64,000 nt of DNA from assembly GCA_050287085.1 (NCBI GenBank), contig JBNKBE010000003.1, forward strand, positions 271,350-335,349, given 5' to 3'. Position numbers and translations under genes: made by a program. This document shows positions 19,801 to 28,266 of this stretch, piece after piece. This DNA comes from Polyangiaceae bacterium. Lineage in GTDB: Bacteria > Myxococcota_A > Polyangia > Polyangiales > Polyangiaceae. Under the pieces are notes generated by a model. It did no database searches. It was given only the letters and a program-made list of their open reading frames with translations, and was not told where the DNA came from. How positions within the stretch are numbered: the stretch's first letter is position 1; each line of letters starts with the position of its first letter.

Positions 19801-22055
19801 TGGCCGCCGAACAGGAACGAGCTCTCCGCCACGTGGCGGACTTATGTGCGCGTCAGGACCTCCGTCAACGAGAGTTGCTGTCTGACGCACAAAGGGCGGC
19901 GGAAAAGGTGCTTTCCGACTTTCTGACAGACGTGGCTGATGTGGGAATCGTCCTCCGGATGGCACGCAGCCGACGCTCCCCCAAAGACCAGGCCAGCTTG
20001 GTTGCAAACCTTCTAGAAGTCGCCCCGCGCTGGCGGGAGAACCAGACATTGCTCTTTCGTCAGAGCCAGCTCGTCGTGCAACTGGCGGCATTTCAACAAC
20101 GGGTTGGTGCCCTGCTCTTTCGCGAGAAGGAGAGACTCGCGCAGCAAGGTCAGCAGGGAACACGGGCAGCGTTGAGCGCGTACCAAACGCAACTTCAACA
20201 TCTGCGCACATTGCTCCTCGAGGGCAATGCCTCATCGAGCACCACCAGCGCGTGGATGACGGTGCAGGGCAGCGCATCTGGCATGCACCTCGAGCGTCAC
20301 AGTCCTCTGGAACCCGCGACCGCCATCGAACGGCTGGAACACGAAACTCAGAGTGCATACCAGCCGCTCCCGGACGCTGTGGAGCTCCCCACTGCAGAAG
20401 GGGCAGAGCAACTAGAGGAACGAGGTGGGGTGGCGACCGAGACCATCGCCCTGGAAGTCCGCGCGGTATGTCAGTTCCTCGTGCAGAGCCAGTTGCTCGG
20501 AGGACTCAAAGACGCCGTCGCTGAATGGCCGAGGCAAGAGCGCCGCGCTCTTGCCGTCGGGCAGGATGTCGAAAGACTGCTCAACTTCCAGCTCAACGAA
20601 AGCGAACTCAGCGAGAGCTCGTGGGAAGAATGTCGCGCGCTGTTGCTGCCCGCGGTCGACAACGGTCTCGAGCGCATAGAAGGCGAACTCGCACGACTCG
20701 ACCGCAGCCGAGATGCGGCGCTCGGAGCCTTTGAGGCTCGCCTGCGGACCCTCATCGCTCAAACCCGCATCGCCGAATTGATGTCGGTGGCAGACACGCT
20801 TGATCAGAAGCGTCGCCTGGAGCGTAGCCGGCGCGCGGTTACCGGGCTCCGTGGTGCTTGGCTCCGCGCCAGCGAACGCGTGCGACAGCTTGCAACGCGC
20901 GGTCTCTACCGCATTAGCCGCGGGCTAGTCCTTGCCCGAACGCTAGCCGCCCCGGAACAGCGTCGCGAAGTGGCGGGTACCCTGCGTAGCTTTGTCGTCA
21001 ACCATTCGCCGGCACCGGCTGTCGTGCAACAGCTTCCGTTCTTCTACAGACAACTCTTCTTCGGCCAAGCCTCGCTCGCAGACACCTTCTGGGTCGGGCG
21101 CCGCAAGGAGTTGGGACGAGCGCAGCTAGCAACCGCTGGTTTTGACAAGACGGGTGGCGGCATACTGCTCGTCCACGGCGACCGCGGCGCAGGCAAGACC
21201 GCGTTCTGCCAGTACTTCGTCAGCCACAGTCCGGACCGAAAGCACCTATTTCAGATCCAAGCGCCCCCCGGCGGCTCCGTGTCACTGGCTGCCTTCAAAA
21301 CAGCCTGCGAAGCTGCGTTTGGGAGGGAGGGTACGCTTGACGACCTATTTTCGACATTGCCACCAGGAAGCATCGTCGTGATCGACGATCTCGAACTCTG
21401 GTGGCAGCGTTCCCCAAGCGGGTTTGCCGTGCTGGACACATTGCTCGAACTCAGTGAGTCGAAAGAGACTCATTGTTTGCTTGTGCTCTCAGTAGGAACA
21501 CAAGCACTTCACCTGCTTTCTCAGGTGCGACCGCTTGCTGAAAGGGCCCTGGCGGTGCTGGGCCTACCTCCCTTTGATGCCGACGAGCTACGTCAGGTCA
21601 TAGGTCTGCGTCACGGCTCCACCGGAGTACGATTTGAGCTCGGCGGAAAGGATGAAAAGCAACTGTCGACCTGGGCATTGGCGCGCCTCTACGCCGCCCA
21701 CTTCCACTATGCGGGGGGCTTGGTGGGCCCAGCCTTATCTTCCTGGGTGACCCACATCGAGGACGCAACAGACAAGCTTCAACTGCGCCTCCCGCGCCGC
21801 CCCGAACTTGCGCTTTTCGATGATCTAGACGTCGAGCAGATCGCCATTGTAGTGCAGCTCGCGCTGCACAAGCAGCTCAGCACCGAACGAGTTCGCGAGC
21901 TCTGTGCCGCCGCAGAGCATCAGGTTGAAGAACACCTCAAGACGCTATCCCATGTCGGCTTCGTGACGAGTCCGCGCCCCGATGTCTTCGAGCTCAACCG
22001 CTTCGTCCAGCACTTCGTCACGGAGCGCTTCCGCTCCCGAGGACTCCTGCCATGA
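16887..22055 (+). CDS. SLC12/cation-chloride cotransporter-like APC permease fused to helical region, P-loop NTPase and putative winged helix
   Basis: AGGAG RBS before ATG 16887; FGTFAGV..P..LTILGVIMYLR, GGPYF.VSRSLG, FFPAVTG..AG.NMSGDL, RNWRPN, IDVWW; Walker A GDRGAGKT, Walker B IVVIDD. Confidence 0.88.
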   Translation: MAKDNKFGTFAGVYTPSLLTILGVIMYLRLPWVIGQAGLYLGLGIIIVAHVVSFSTGLSISSIATDKNVGAGGPYFIVSRSLGLPIGATLGLALFVGLAFSISLYVIGFSESLLHAFDLEPSPSNIRLTGTVTLFALTIITFISTALALKAQYVIFLLIVLSLGSILLASPSPTVPILTPATADVDPARLFAIFFPAVTGFTAGVNMSGDLRNPRTAIPRGTLLAIGSGMLVYVGLAVFIALRVPRQLLLDDSAVLTTIAKSPTLVTAGVWGATLSSALGSILGAPRILQAMSQDRITAGWFGKGYGPTKEPRNALLVAFLIGWGGILIAELDAIARIVSMVFLATYGFLNLSCAIESWASPDFRPAFRIPKSVSVIGAATCVLVMIQLDLPAMTGAVVLMTGLYVWLARRQIRLESGDTWEGFWASLVRTGLFKLTKQSQQQRNWRPNVLLFRRNADNPALTEFSRSLVSGSGLLSDFLLKHDSKSSEVRPIPAGNASAPQEAPPLGVFRHQVNTKDPADAILAAARFHGFAGLSPNTVLLDWPDFEGKAELLSRLTTELRVLDYNVLLFSSSERSQESVRLAQRIDVWWSPGAGNLALAVALVRFIGGSEQFRHAQVRFILVSEDPTDNAVLRSRTRRILQNARVTAEVEVLNNALDRRRLEDLVQGESGEAALTVLGLVGDAQYATPDYFRALEELRRSLHAVLLIGSSSHFPQLLQAAGKSNSTLAVSSPEADDAAFSHVLKEAPERVALLGRALAEAYGAIVADFHERCTVRIYESRTALLHRLERLIERHFHQLTRACSAENPRRRRKLVARAQSGLAQGAKEELSSLLDSTLTEQEAALDGSIEAFVGDERFLPSKPDAVARFVASKSDFAPQKGDSRALRGYKRRRRILAFFWRSDPSYSVRLRPLEVFYRDRMIRSCLQPLVNTLTADTNQLAAHIGKLLDTTEFGIAALDGRNDAGALAQLVAAEQERALRHVADLCARQDLRQRELLSDAQRAAEKVLSDFLTDVADVGIVLRMARSRRSPKDQASLVANLLEVAPRWRENQTLLFRQSQLVVQLAAFQQRVGALLFREKERLAQQGQQGTRAALSAYQTQLQHLRTLLLEGNASSSTTSAWMTVQGSASGMHLERHSPLEPATAIERLEHETQSAYQPLPDAVELPTAEGAEQLEERGGVATETIALEVRAVCQFLVQSQLLGGLKDAVAEWPRQERRALAVGQDVERLLNFQLNESELSESSWEECRALLLPAVDNGLERIEGELARLDRSRDAALGAFEARLRTLIAQTRIAELMSVADTLDQKRRLERSRRAVTGLRGAWLRASERVRQLATRGLYRISRGLVLARTLAAPEQRREVAGTLRSFVVNHSPAPAVVQQLPFFYRQLFFGQASLADTFWVGRRKELGRAQLATAGFDKTGGGILLVHGDRGAGKTAFCQYFVSHSPDRKHLFQIQAPPGGSVSLAAFKTACEAAFGREGTLDDLFSTLPPGSIVVIDDLELWWQRSPSGFAVLDTLLELSESKETHCLLVLSVGTQALHLLSQVRPLAERALAVLGLPPFDADELRQVIGLRHGSTGVRFELGGKDEKQLSTWALARLYAAHFHYAGGLVGPALSSWVTHIEDATDKLQLRLPRRPELALFDDLDVEQIAIVVQLALHKQLSTERVRELCAAAEHQVEEHLKTLSHVGFVTSPRPDVFELNRFVQHFVTERFRSRGLLP

Positions 22056-22804
22056 CCGACGCCGCGTTGCCCGAAACGCCAGCCCAAGCCCTATTGCGCC
22101 CCGAGTTGGAGTTGGGACTGCTAGCGCTTCTGGGCGCGGGCAGTCTATTGCTCTTATATCTGCTGGTCCGCGTCAGCGCGCTCGTGCCCATGTCGCGACC
22201 GCGACGGGCCTTGTTGCGACGTTTAGCCCCCCCTGTCATCGCGGTTGCGGTGGTGCTCTATACGCTGTTTGCCCTGCGCATTGCGCTGCGCTCAACCGGT
22301 CTAGGCCAGGTATATGCGTTGGGCGCCGTCGCGTTCCTTCTCGCGGCGGCGCTCTTCCCAACGCTTAAGAACGTCGCCGCGGGACTCGTTACCAGAGCCA
22401 GTCAGAGCTGCGAGGTCGGAGACTCGGTGCAACTTCCGGACGTGCAAGGGCGGGTGGTGCGCATGGGACTCTGGGCCGTCGTTATGGAAACGCGAGACGG
22501 AAAACTGGCGTCCGTACCGTACGCGGAACTGGTGCGTTACCCCTTGATAAAGGAGCCGAGGCTCGAGGGGGGTGTTTTGCATATTTTCCAGTTGAGCGCA
22601 GTTCCAGGCAGTAGCATCTCGGCCGTGAAGCACTTGCTCACCGAGCATGCCCTGTGTTCCTACTACACGAGCGCCGTCAGGCGACCGCTCGTACGTCCGC
22701 TGGGTAACGACCGATATGAGGTTACGGTATTCGCTCTGCACGTCGACTACGGCCCCGCAATCGAGGCCGATGTGAGGCGAGCCCCCATTGTGGCCCAATC
22801 ATGA
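22052..22804 (+). CDS. Small-conductance mechanosensitive channel (MscS-like) domain protein
   Basis: Three TM segments then 'LKNVAAG', 'VGDSVQ....GRV..MGL', 'ETRDGK...VPY'; ATGA overlap with upstream gene. Confidence 0.75.
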   Translation: MTDAALPETPAQALLRPELELGLLALLGAGSLLLLYLLVRVSALVPMSRPRRALLRRLAPPVIAVAVVLYTLFALRIALRSTGLGQVYALGAVAFLLAAALFPTLKNVAAGLVTRASQSCEVGDSVQLPDVQGRVVRMGLWAVVMETRDGKLASVPYAELVRYPLIKEPRLEGGVLHIFQLSAVPGSSISAVKHLLTEHALCSYYTSAVRRPLVRPLGNDRYEVTVFALHVDYGPAIEADVRRAPIVAQS

Positions 22805-23074
22805 ATTCGTACCGTCGGACACCGGTCAGCAGCTCGCCAGCCGCCAACTATCCGAACGCCGGGCCCAAGTGCAACGCGGGACGGCCGTGCGGATTGTTGC
22901 GACCAAGTTGCGATCGACCGAGGCGGTTGCCATCTGCCGCCTCCGGCACCACAACGGGCGCCATGCCCTGATGGCTGGGCGTTTTCGGTATGAAGCGATG
23001 CCCAAGGTCACGCGCCCGGGGTTGCCAGGCAGCCGCCCGCGAAGACAAGACGCCGCGCCGTAGGGAGAAAACAC

Positions 23075-24355
23075 TTGACCCAGATCTCGCCCGAGCCAGC
23101 CCAAGGCCAATCACCAATTCCCCGAGGTCTGGCAGAACGATTTGCTGCGGTGCGCGAGACGAGCCAACAGGTCGCCGACTTGTTCGCACCCGAGGACCAA
23201 TTGCTTCAAGCCATGACGGAAGCAAGTCCGATAAAATGGCACCTCGCGCATACGAGCTGGTTCTTCGAGACCTTCATTCTAAGACAAACGGACGGCTACC
23301 GCCCGCTCGACGAGCGCTACGAATGGCTGTTCAACAGCTACTACAACGCCATTGGCCCTCAGCCAGAGCGAAGTGAGCGAGGCTTGTGGTCTCGCCCCTC
23401 CCTATCCGAAGTAGCGAGCTACCGCGCCCACGTCGACCAAGCTGTGCTCGACGCGCTGCCAACGCTCGCCCCTGACGCCGAGCTGCTGCTCGAACTCGGG
23501 CTCCAACACGAGCAGCAGCATCAGGAACTGATGTTGACAGATGCACTGGCCGCGCTCGCCAAGAACCCGCTGGCACCGAGCATACATTCACCTCCGAACG
23601 ACGTGCGAGGCGAAGCCTCCCCATTGACATTCAACGCCTACCCTCGTGGCACCTTCGAGATCGGCTTTGCCGGAAGCGGCTTTCATTTTGATAACGAGGC
23701 CCCAAGACACGATGTCTTGCTGCAACCATTCGAGCTTGCATGTCGGCCGCTCTGCAACGCGGAGGTCATTGCATTCATCCGGGACGGTGGCTATGAACGA
23801 CCAGAGTTCTGGCTTTCCGACGGCTTTGACTGGGTGACCAGAAACCAGATTGCAATGCCCTGCTATTGGAGCCTGACAGGCGCCGAATACTGGCACTACA
23901 GCTTGTACGGCTCGTTGCCTGTCGATCCGACCTTGACCGCCTGCCATCTGAGCTACTTCGAAGCCGACGCGATCGCCCGGTATCTCGGTGCTCGGCTTCC
24001 AACCGAGGCCGAGTGGGAGGTGGCTGCCCAGCTCGAGGCTTCTTCGAGTTCTGGTCACTTCAGCGCTGATCTGCGCTGGCTCCCCAGGCGAGCAGAGCAA
24101 CGCAACGGACTGCAACAGCTGCTGGGTACCGTGTGGGAGTGGACCTCAACGGCGTATTGCGCCTATCCGGGCTTTCGCACCGCCCCGGGAGCGGTCGGTG
24201 AGTACAACGGCAAGTTCATGCACGGCCAGCAGGTACTGCGTGGCGGTTCACTGGCCACGCCACCAGGACACATACGGCTTAGCTATCGCAATTTCTTTCC
24301 GGCCACAGCCCGATGGCAGTACTCCGGGGTGCGCGTCGCACGCGACGCCAATTAG
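23075..24355 (+). CDS. egtB: Ergothioneine biosynthesis sulfoxide synthase
   Basis: SPIKWHLAHTSWFFE, FNSYY, HEQQHQE iron ligands, FGE-sulfatase domain RLPTEAEWE, GEYNGKFM. Confidence 0.93.
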   Translation: MTQISPEPAQGQSPIPRGLAERFAAVRETSQQVADLFAPEDQLLQAMTEASPIKWHLAHTSWFFETFILRQTDGYRPLDERYEWLFNSYYNAIGPQPERSERGLWSRPSLSEVASYRAHVDQAVLDALPTLAPDAELLLELGLQHEQQHQELMLTDALAALAKNPLAPSIHSPPNDVRGEASPLTFNAYPRGTFEIGFAGSGFHFDNEAPRHDVLLQPFELACRPLCNAEVIAFIRDGGYERPEFWLSDGFDWVTRNQIAMPCYWSLTGAEYWHYSLYGSLPVDPTLTACHLSYFEADAIARYLGARLPTEAEWEVAAQLEASSSSGHFSADLRWLPRRAEQRNGLQQLLGTVWEWTSTAYCAYPGFRTAPGAVGEYNGKFMHGQQVLRGGSLATPPGHIRLSYRNFFPATARWQYSGVRVARDAN

Positions 24356-24378
24356 CCCCGCTCCCCGCTGAGGTTTCC

Positions 24379-25353
24379 ATGTCACCTATCTCCGCCACCG
24401 CCCGGCGCAGCGCCGCGCAGACAACCCATCAACAGTTCTTGAGCGACGTTGTCTCCGGCTTCGGGAATCAACCTCGCAGCATTCCCTGCAAATGGCTCTA
24501 CGACGCGCGTGGCTCTGAACTCTTCGAACAGATCTGCTCGACGGACGACTACTACGTCACGAGAACGGAGATGGGCCTGCTCGATCGTCATGCTGTGGAC
24601 ATTGCCCGACGCGTGGGCCCGGGCGTCGAGATCCTCGAGCCGGGAGCCGGTTCGGGCGAAAAGGCGTCCCTTCTGTTGACCGCGCTCGCGCGCCCTGCGG
24701 CTTACCTCCCGCTCGATATCAGCCCCGCTGCCACCGAGCAGGCGGTATCCGTTGTAGGAAGGGCACACCCAGCGCTGGCGGTCGAGCCACGCGTTGGAGA
24801 CTTCATGCGCGTCAGTGCGGAGGGCGTTCCGCGCGTCACCGCGAGCTCTCGCCGGCTGTTGCTCTTTCCCGGGTCGACCCTAGGCAACTTCTCTACGGCC
24901 GAGCGCCGACCACTTCTCCGACAATTCCGAAACTGGCTCGCTCCCGGTGACCTGCTCTTGCTTGGGGTTGACCTGGTAAAAGACGTAGCGGTCCTGGAGC
25001 GTGCGTACGACGATGCTCAGGGCGTTACGGCCGCGTTCAATCTCAATCTGCTGGAACGAATGCGCCGTGAACTGGGTGCGCGCGTGGAGCCCAATCGGTT
25101 TCGACATCGCGCCATCTACAACGAGCGCGAGCAGCGGGTGGAGATGCATCTTGTCAGTTGCGAAGATCAACTCGTGACTCTCGATGGGCATCCGTATTCC
25201 TTCCGCCGGGGGGAGTTCATCCACACCGAAAACAGTCACAAATTTCTGCCGGTCCCCCTCTCTCGCGAGGTCGAGCACGCCGGGTTTAGACTGCTCCAGC
25301 GTTGGGAAGACGAGCGAGCGTATTTTAGCCTGCAGTTGTACGTAGCAGCCTGA
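24379..25353 (+). CDS. egtD: L-histidine N-alpha-methyltransferase
   Basis: KWLYDARGSELFEQI, YYVTRTE, EPGAGS, PGSTLGNF, GVDL.KD, AYDDAQGVTAAFNLN, IHTENSHKF. Confidence 0.95.
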   Translation: MSPISATARRSAAQTTHQQFLSDVVSGFGNQPRSIPCKWLYDARGSELFEQICSTDDYYVTRTEMGLLDRHAVDIARRVGPGVEILEPGAGSGEKASLLLTALARPAAYLPLDISPAATEQAVSVVGRAHPALAVEPRVGDFMRVSAEGVPRVTASSRRLLLFPGSTLGNFSTAERRPLLRQFRNWLAPGDLLLLGVDLVKDVAVLERAYDDAQGVTAAFNLNLLERMRRELGARVEPNRFRHRAIYNEREQRVEMHLVSCEDQLVTLDGHPYSFRRGEFIHTENSHKFLPVPLSREVEHAGFRLLQRWEDERAYFSLQLYVAA

Positions 25354-25355
25354 GA

Positions 25356-25396
25356 CGCCCCTTCGCGCCACCGCTGGCACCGAGCCAGCAGGGGCG
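25356..25396 (+). terminator. GC-rich hairpin directly after egtD (possible terminator or 3' stabiliser)
   Basis: cgcccct/aggggcg outer stem and gctggc/gccagc inner stem; no U-tract. Confidence 0.35.
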
Positions 25397-25775
25397 CGAC
25401 CCAAGACGCGGCCGTGCGTCGTGACCGTCCCGGCTTCCGCTGGCGGCGCTTCACGCAAGTGCCGCTGGCGCCGTCGCCGCTAGCGCAGGCTGCGCGAAGC
25501 CTCTTCTGGGCCCTGCCGGCGCATGGCTTGTCCCCAAGCGCTAGCCACGAACGGAGGCGTTCGGTCTCGGGTCAACCGCCCGCGGCCAGACCATGCTCGC
25601 GTAGCCCGGAGATTAATTGGGAGGTCGATAAGATTTTGGGCAACCCGATGGGAGCTCGGACGAAGCACCTCAAACGCCCGGGGCGGGTCGAGCTCCAACA
25701 GCTCCGATCCACTTCGTAGCCGATTCCCCTGCCCGTAGCCCGGCATACACCCGCAGCCCAGATACACGGTCCCTC

Positions 25776-25997
25776 ATGAATCTCACCTCTCCAATGAACG
25801 AACTCAAAGCCCTCGAAGAGCAACTGCAGGCCCAAGACGCCCAACTCGCCCGCGCCATCGAGGCGCTCAACGCCCTCGATCCAGCCAGTGGCTTGCACGT
25901 CCCCGACACCTGGCAACAGGACTTCGATGACGCCACCGAAGCCGCACCGAGCACCCTCCGAAGCGTTCCTCCCGTCGGCTTCACAATCCGGGCGTAG
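25776..25997 (+). CDS. Small coiled-coil protein leading the T3SS translocon operon
   Basis: 73 aa, heptad-rich N-half, C-terminal 'GFTIRA'; in line with downstream T3SS genes. Confidence 0.65.
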   Translation: MNLTSPMNELKALEEQLQAQDAQLARAIEALNALDPASGLHVPDTWQQDFDDATEAAPSTLRSVPPVGFTIRA

Positions 25998-26043
25998 ACC
26001 GGACCAGCATACTCCACCCCATCCAACACCCAGAGGAATCACG

Positions 26044-26643
26044 ATGTCACTCAGCCCGCTTGCTCCTTCACACTTCGCTCACATCTTGACGCCCGGCGAC
26101 ACCCGTGCCGGCCTGCTCACACCGGAGTCCATGATGGTCTACATCGAGACCCGTCTCAGTAGCCTGGACGACAAGATGCAAGACCTCATGGCGCGACAGA
26201 AAGAAGCCAATCAACTACGCGAAAAACTCGGAGCCGTTAAGACAGCGTTGAGCCACCTGTCAGATGACGGTGGGAAGCTCACGAGAGAACAAGCAGAGGC
26301 CCTTACCCAGGCTCTCAACGAACTCCGCGCGCTGTCGCCGCAAATAGCCGCGGAGGTCAAGTCCGGCAACTCATACGGCAAGTGGATGGTCTTCAACGGG
26401 GAAACCAAACAATGGCAGCCAAGGCCTGACGCAGAAGATGTCAAAGTGAACAAGCAGCAACTCGCCGCCATGAAAGCTGAACTCGACAACATGATCTCGA
26501 ACGTTGAGAGCACGGCTCAGCTTGACATGATCGAGCTGCAGAGCCTGATGAGTGGGCGCAACACGGCCATTTCCCTAGCGACCAACCTCATCTCCTCCTT
26601 GGGCAAGGGCATGGACTCCGTTGCCAGCAACATTGGCCGCTAG
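26044..26643 (+). CDS. Type III secretion needle-tip/filament protein (Bsp22/EspA-like, SctA)
   Basis: AGAGGA RBS; N-terminal 'MMVYIETRLSSLDDKMQDLM..Q...N'; C-terminal 'QLDMIELQSLMSGRNTAISLATNL.......SVASNI' resembles the Bsp22-type helix. Confidence 0.7.
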   Translation: MSLSPLAPSHFAHILTPGDTRAGLLTPESMMVYIETRLSSLDDKMQDLMARQKEANQLREKLGAVKTALSHLSDDGGKLTREQAEALTQALNELRALSPQIAAEVKSGNSYGKWMVFNGETKQWQPRPDAEDVKVNKQQLAAMKAELDNMISNVESTAQLDMIELQSLMSGRNTAISLATNLISSLGKGMDSVASNIGR

Positions 26644-26672
26644 TCGGCGGACCAAAGGAGGGCACATCAGCA

Positions 26673-27062
26673 ATGCAACGATCAATCTACAGCGGCCCCG
26701 CCCGGGTCGAGGAGTTGGCCGACATCCTCTACGCCTCTGGACACGACGCACTTGTGGACGAACGGCGAAACGAAGCTCTCAACCACTTCTCCCGCCTAAC
26801 ACAAGTCTGCCCCCGCGACGAACGCGGGTGGCTCGGGGTTGGCGCGTGTATGGAGCAAGCGGGGGACAATCAGCGTGCCTGCGTCGCCTACTCCTTCGGG
26901 AGTGTACTGGCCCCCAGTCTATTCTGTCACCTAGGACAGGCTCGAACCCTCGCGAAGCTGGGCAGGCGACGGGAGGCGGAGCGAGCGCTGGACGCAGCGG
27001 AGCTACTCGCCGAAGGTACTGCCCAGGTGGCGCTCGTTGAAGAAGTTCGAGGTGGGTTGTGA
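26673..27062 (+). CDS. Type III secretion class II translocator chaperone (SycD/LcrH family, TPR)
   Basis: 'LYASG......EA...F..L....P.D.R.WLGVGAC....G....A..AYSFG..L.P' follows the SycD pattern; directly precedes translocator genes. Confidence 0.82.
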   Translation: MQRSIYSGPARVEELADILYASGHDALVDERRNEALNHFSRLTQVCPRDERGWLGVGACMEQAGDNQRACVAYSFGSVLAPSLFCHLGQARTLAKLGRRREAERALDAAELLAEGTAQVALVEEVRGGL

Positions 27063-28225
27063 ACGCTCCTCGCATCGACGGTGCCAGCACGAACCACGCT
27101 CGCTCGCTGCCACCCGGTGTGCAGAGGGATCCACTGGGTGCGGTAGCGCTTCCCGCGCCCAATGCGTGTCTACCACGAACGATGGACGCCCTCGGCGCAA
27201 TGATGTCGCTGAGCCAGGAGATGTCGTCGCTTGGCCTTCATGATAGTCTTTCAGACATACAGAGCACCCGCGCCAAGCAACGGGAGGCCCACGAGGCGCT
27301 AATGCGCAAGCTGGACGAACTTGCCGCCAAGGCAAAGGCGTCAGAAAAGGACTCCGGTTGGGGCTGGCTCGGCTTCGTCGGCGAAGCATTCGAAACGTGT
27401 CTGTCTGTCGTTGCGCGCCTGCAAGAAACCACCGTTGACATGGTGAGAGCTCCCCTCGACGTCGCTGTGGGGCTGTGCCAGGGCGGCAACCTGAAGCAGT
27501 TGCTCGATAAAGAGCTGAGCGATCTCCAGACGACCGGGAAATTCTCCAAGACCACGGTTGAGGCCGTGCGCGGAGTTGTCCGCTTTGTGGCTGACACGAT
27601 GGAAGCCGGATTTGAGTTCGGCAAGGCGATGGCCGACGGGAAACCACTAGGAGAGGCTTTGAAAACCTTGGGCCGAGGTATTTGGGAGGCTGCTTCCAAC
27701 AACCTGCTGGAAAACGAGAGCTTCATGAACGTCGTCCAACTCGCCGGATTCGCGCTGTCGACGCTGACCGGAGGACTTGCAGCGCCGCTCGTACTCGGTG
27801 CCGTATACCTTGAGTCGAAGCTCCAACTACTCGACAAAGTCGCACCGGAAAGCGCGCTGCCGTGGGTGCGCATGGGCGTCGCATTGGCGACGATCGTCTT
27901 CGTGGGTACGTCGGGGGACGAGGCCTCTGTGTTCAAGGGCCTCGAAGACGTGGCCCGAGCCGTTAACATTACGGCGTCCGGTCTTTCCGCGCTAGGCGGA
28001 CTGCGTCACATCGAATTGGCCCAGAAGGAGCGCGCCGTTGACCGAGTCAACATCGACATCGCCGCCCTCCTGCAGAAACAAGCACTGCTCGAGAGGGTGC
28101 TCTCGGATCTGCTCAGGAGTACGGAAGAGCGAGTCGACGACCGAAGCCGGACGCACCAGACCCTCGCCAACGCGGCGCAGCTCAGTGGCTCCGCCATGGA
28201 AGCGAGTGCAATGCTAACGGCTTAA
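27059..28225 (+). CDS. Major hydrophobic translocator (SctE; YopB/IpaB/SseC-like)
   Basis: N-terminal coiled coil, 'AKASEKDSGWGWLG', hydrophobic 'LSTLTGGLAAPLVLG' plus second TM-like segment, C-terminal coiled coil. Confidence 0.7.
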   Translation: MNAPRIDGASTNHARSLPPGVQRDPLGAVALPAPNACLPRTMDALGAMMSLSQEMSSLGLHDSLSDIQSTRAKQREAHEALMRKLDELAAKAKASEKDSGWGWLGFVGEAFETCLSVVARLQETTVDMVRAPLDVAVGLCQGGNLKQLLDKELSDLQTTGKFSKTTVEAVRGVVRFVADTMEAGFEFGKAMADGKPLGEALKTLGRGIWEAASNNLLENESFMNVVQLAGFALSTLTGGLAAPLVLGAVYLESKLQLLDKVAPESALPWVRMGVALATIVFVGTSGDEASVFKGLEDVARAVNITASGLSALGGLRHIELAQKERAVDRVNIDIAALLQKQALLERVLSDLLRSTEERVDDRSRTHQTLANAAQLSGSAMEASAMLTA

Positions 28226-28266
28226 CAGACAACGAAGTTCTCCTAATGACCAAAGGATAATGAAAC

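Noticed and set aside
23075..24355. Selenoneine synthase SenA or ovothiol synthase OvoA
   Set aside because: Adjacent egtD, no senB/senC, and no C-terminal methyltransferase domain; EgtB is more parsimonious
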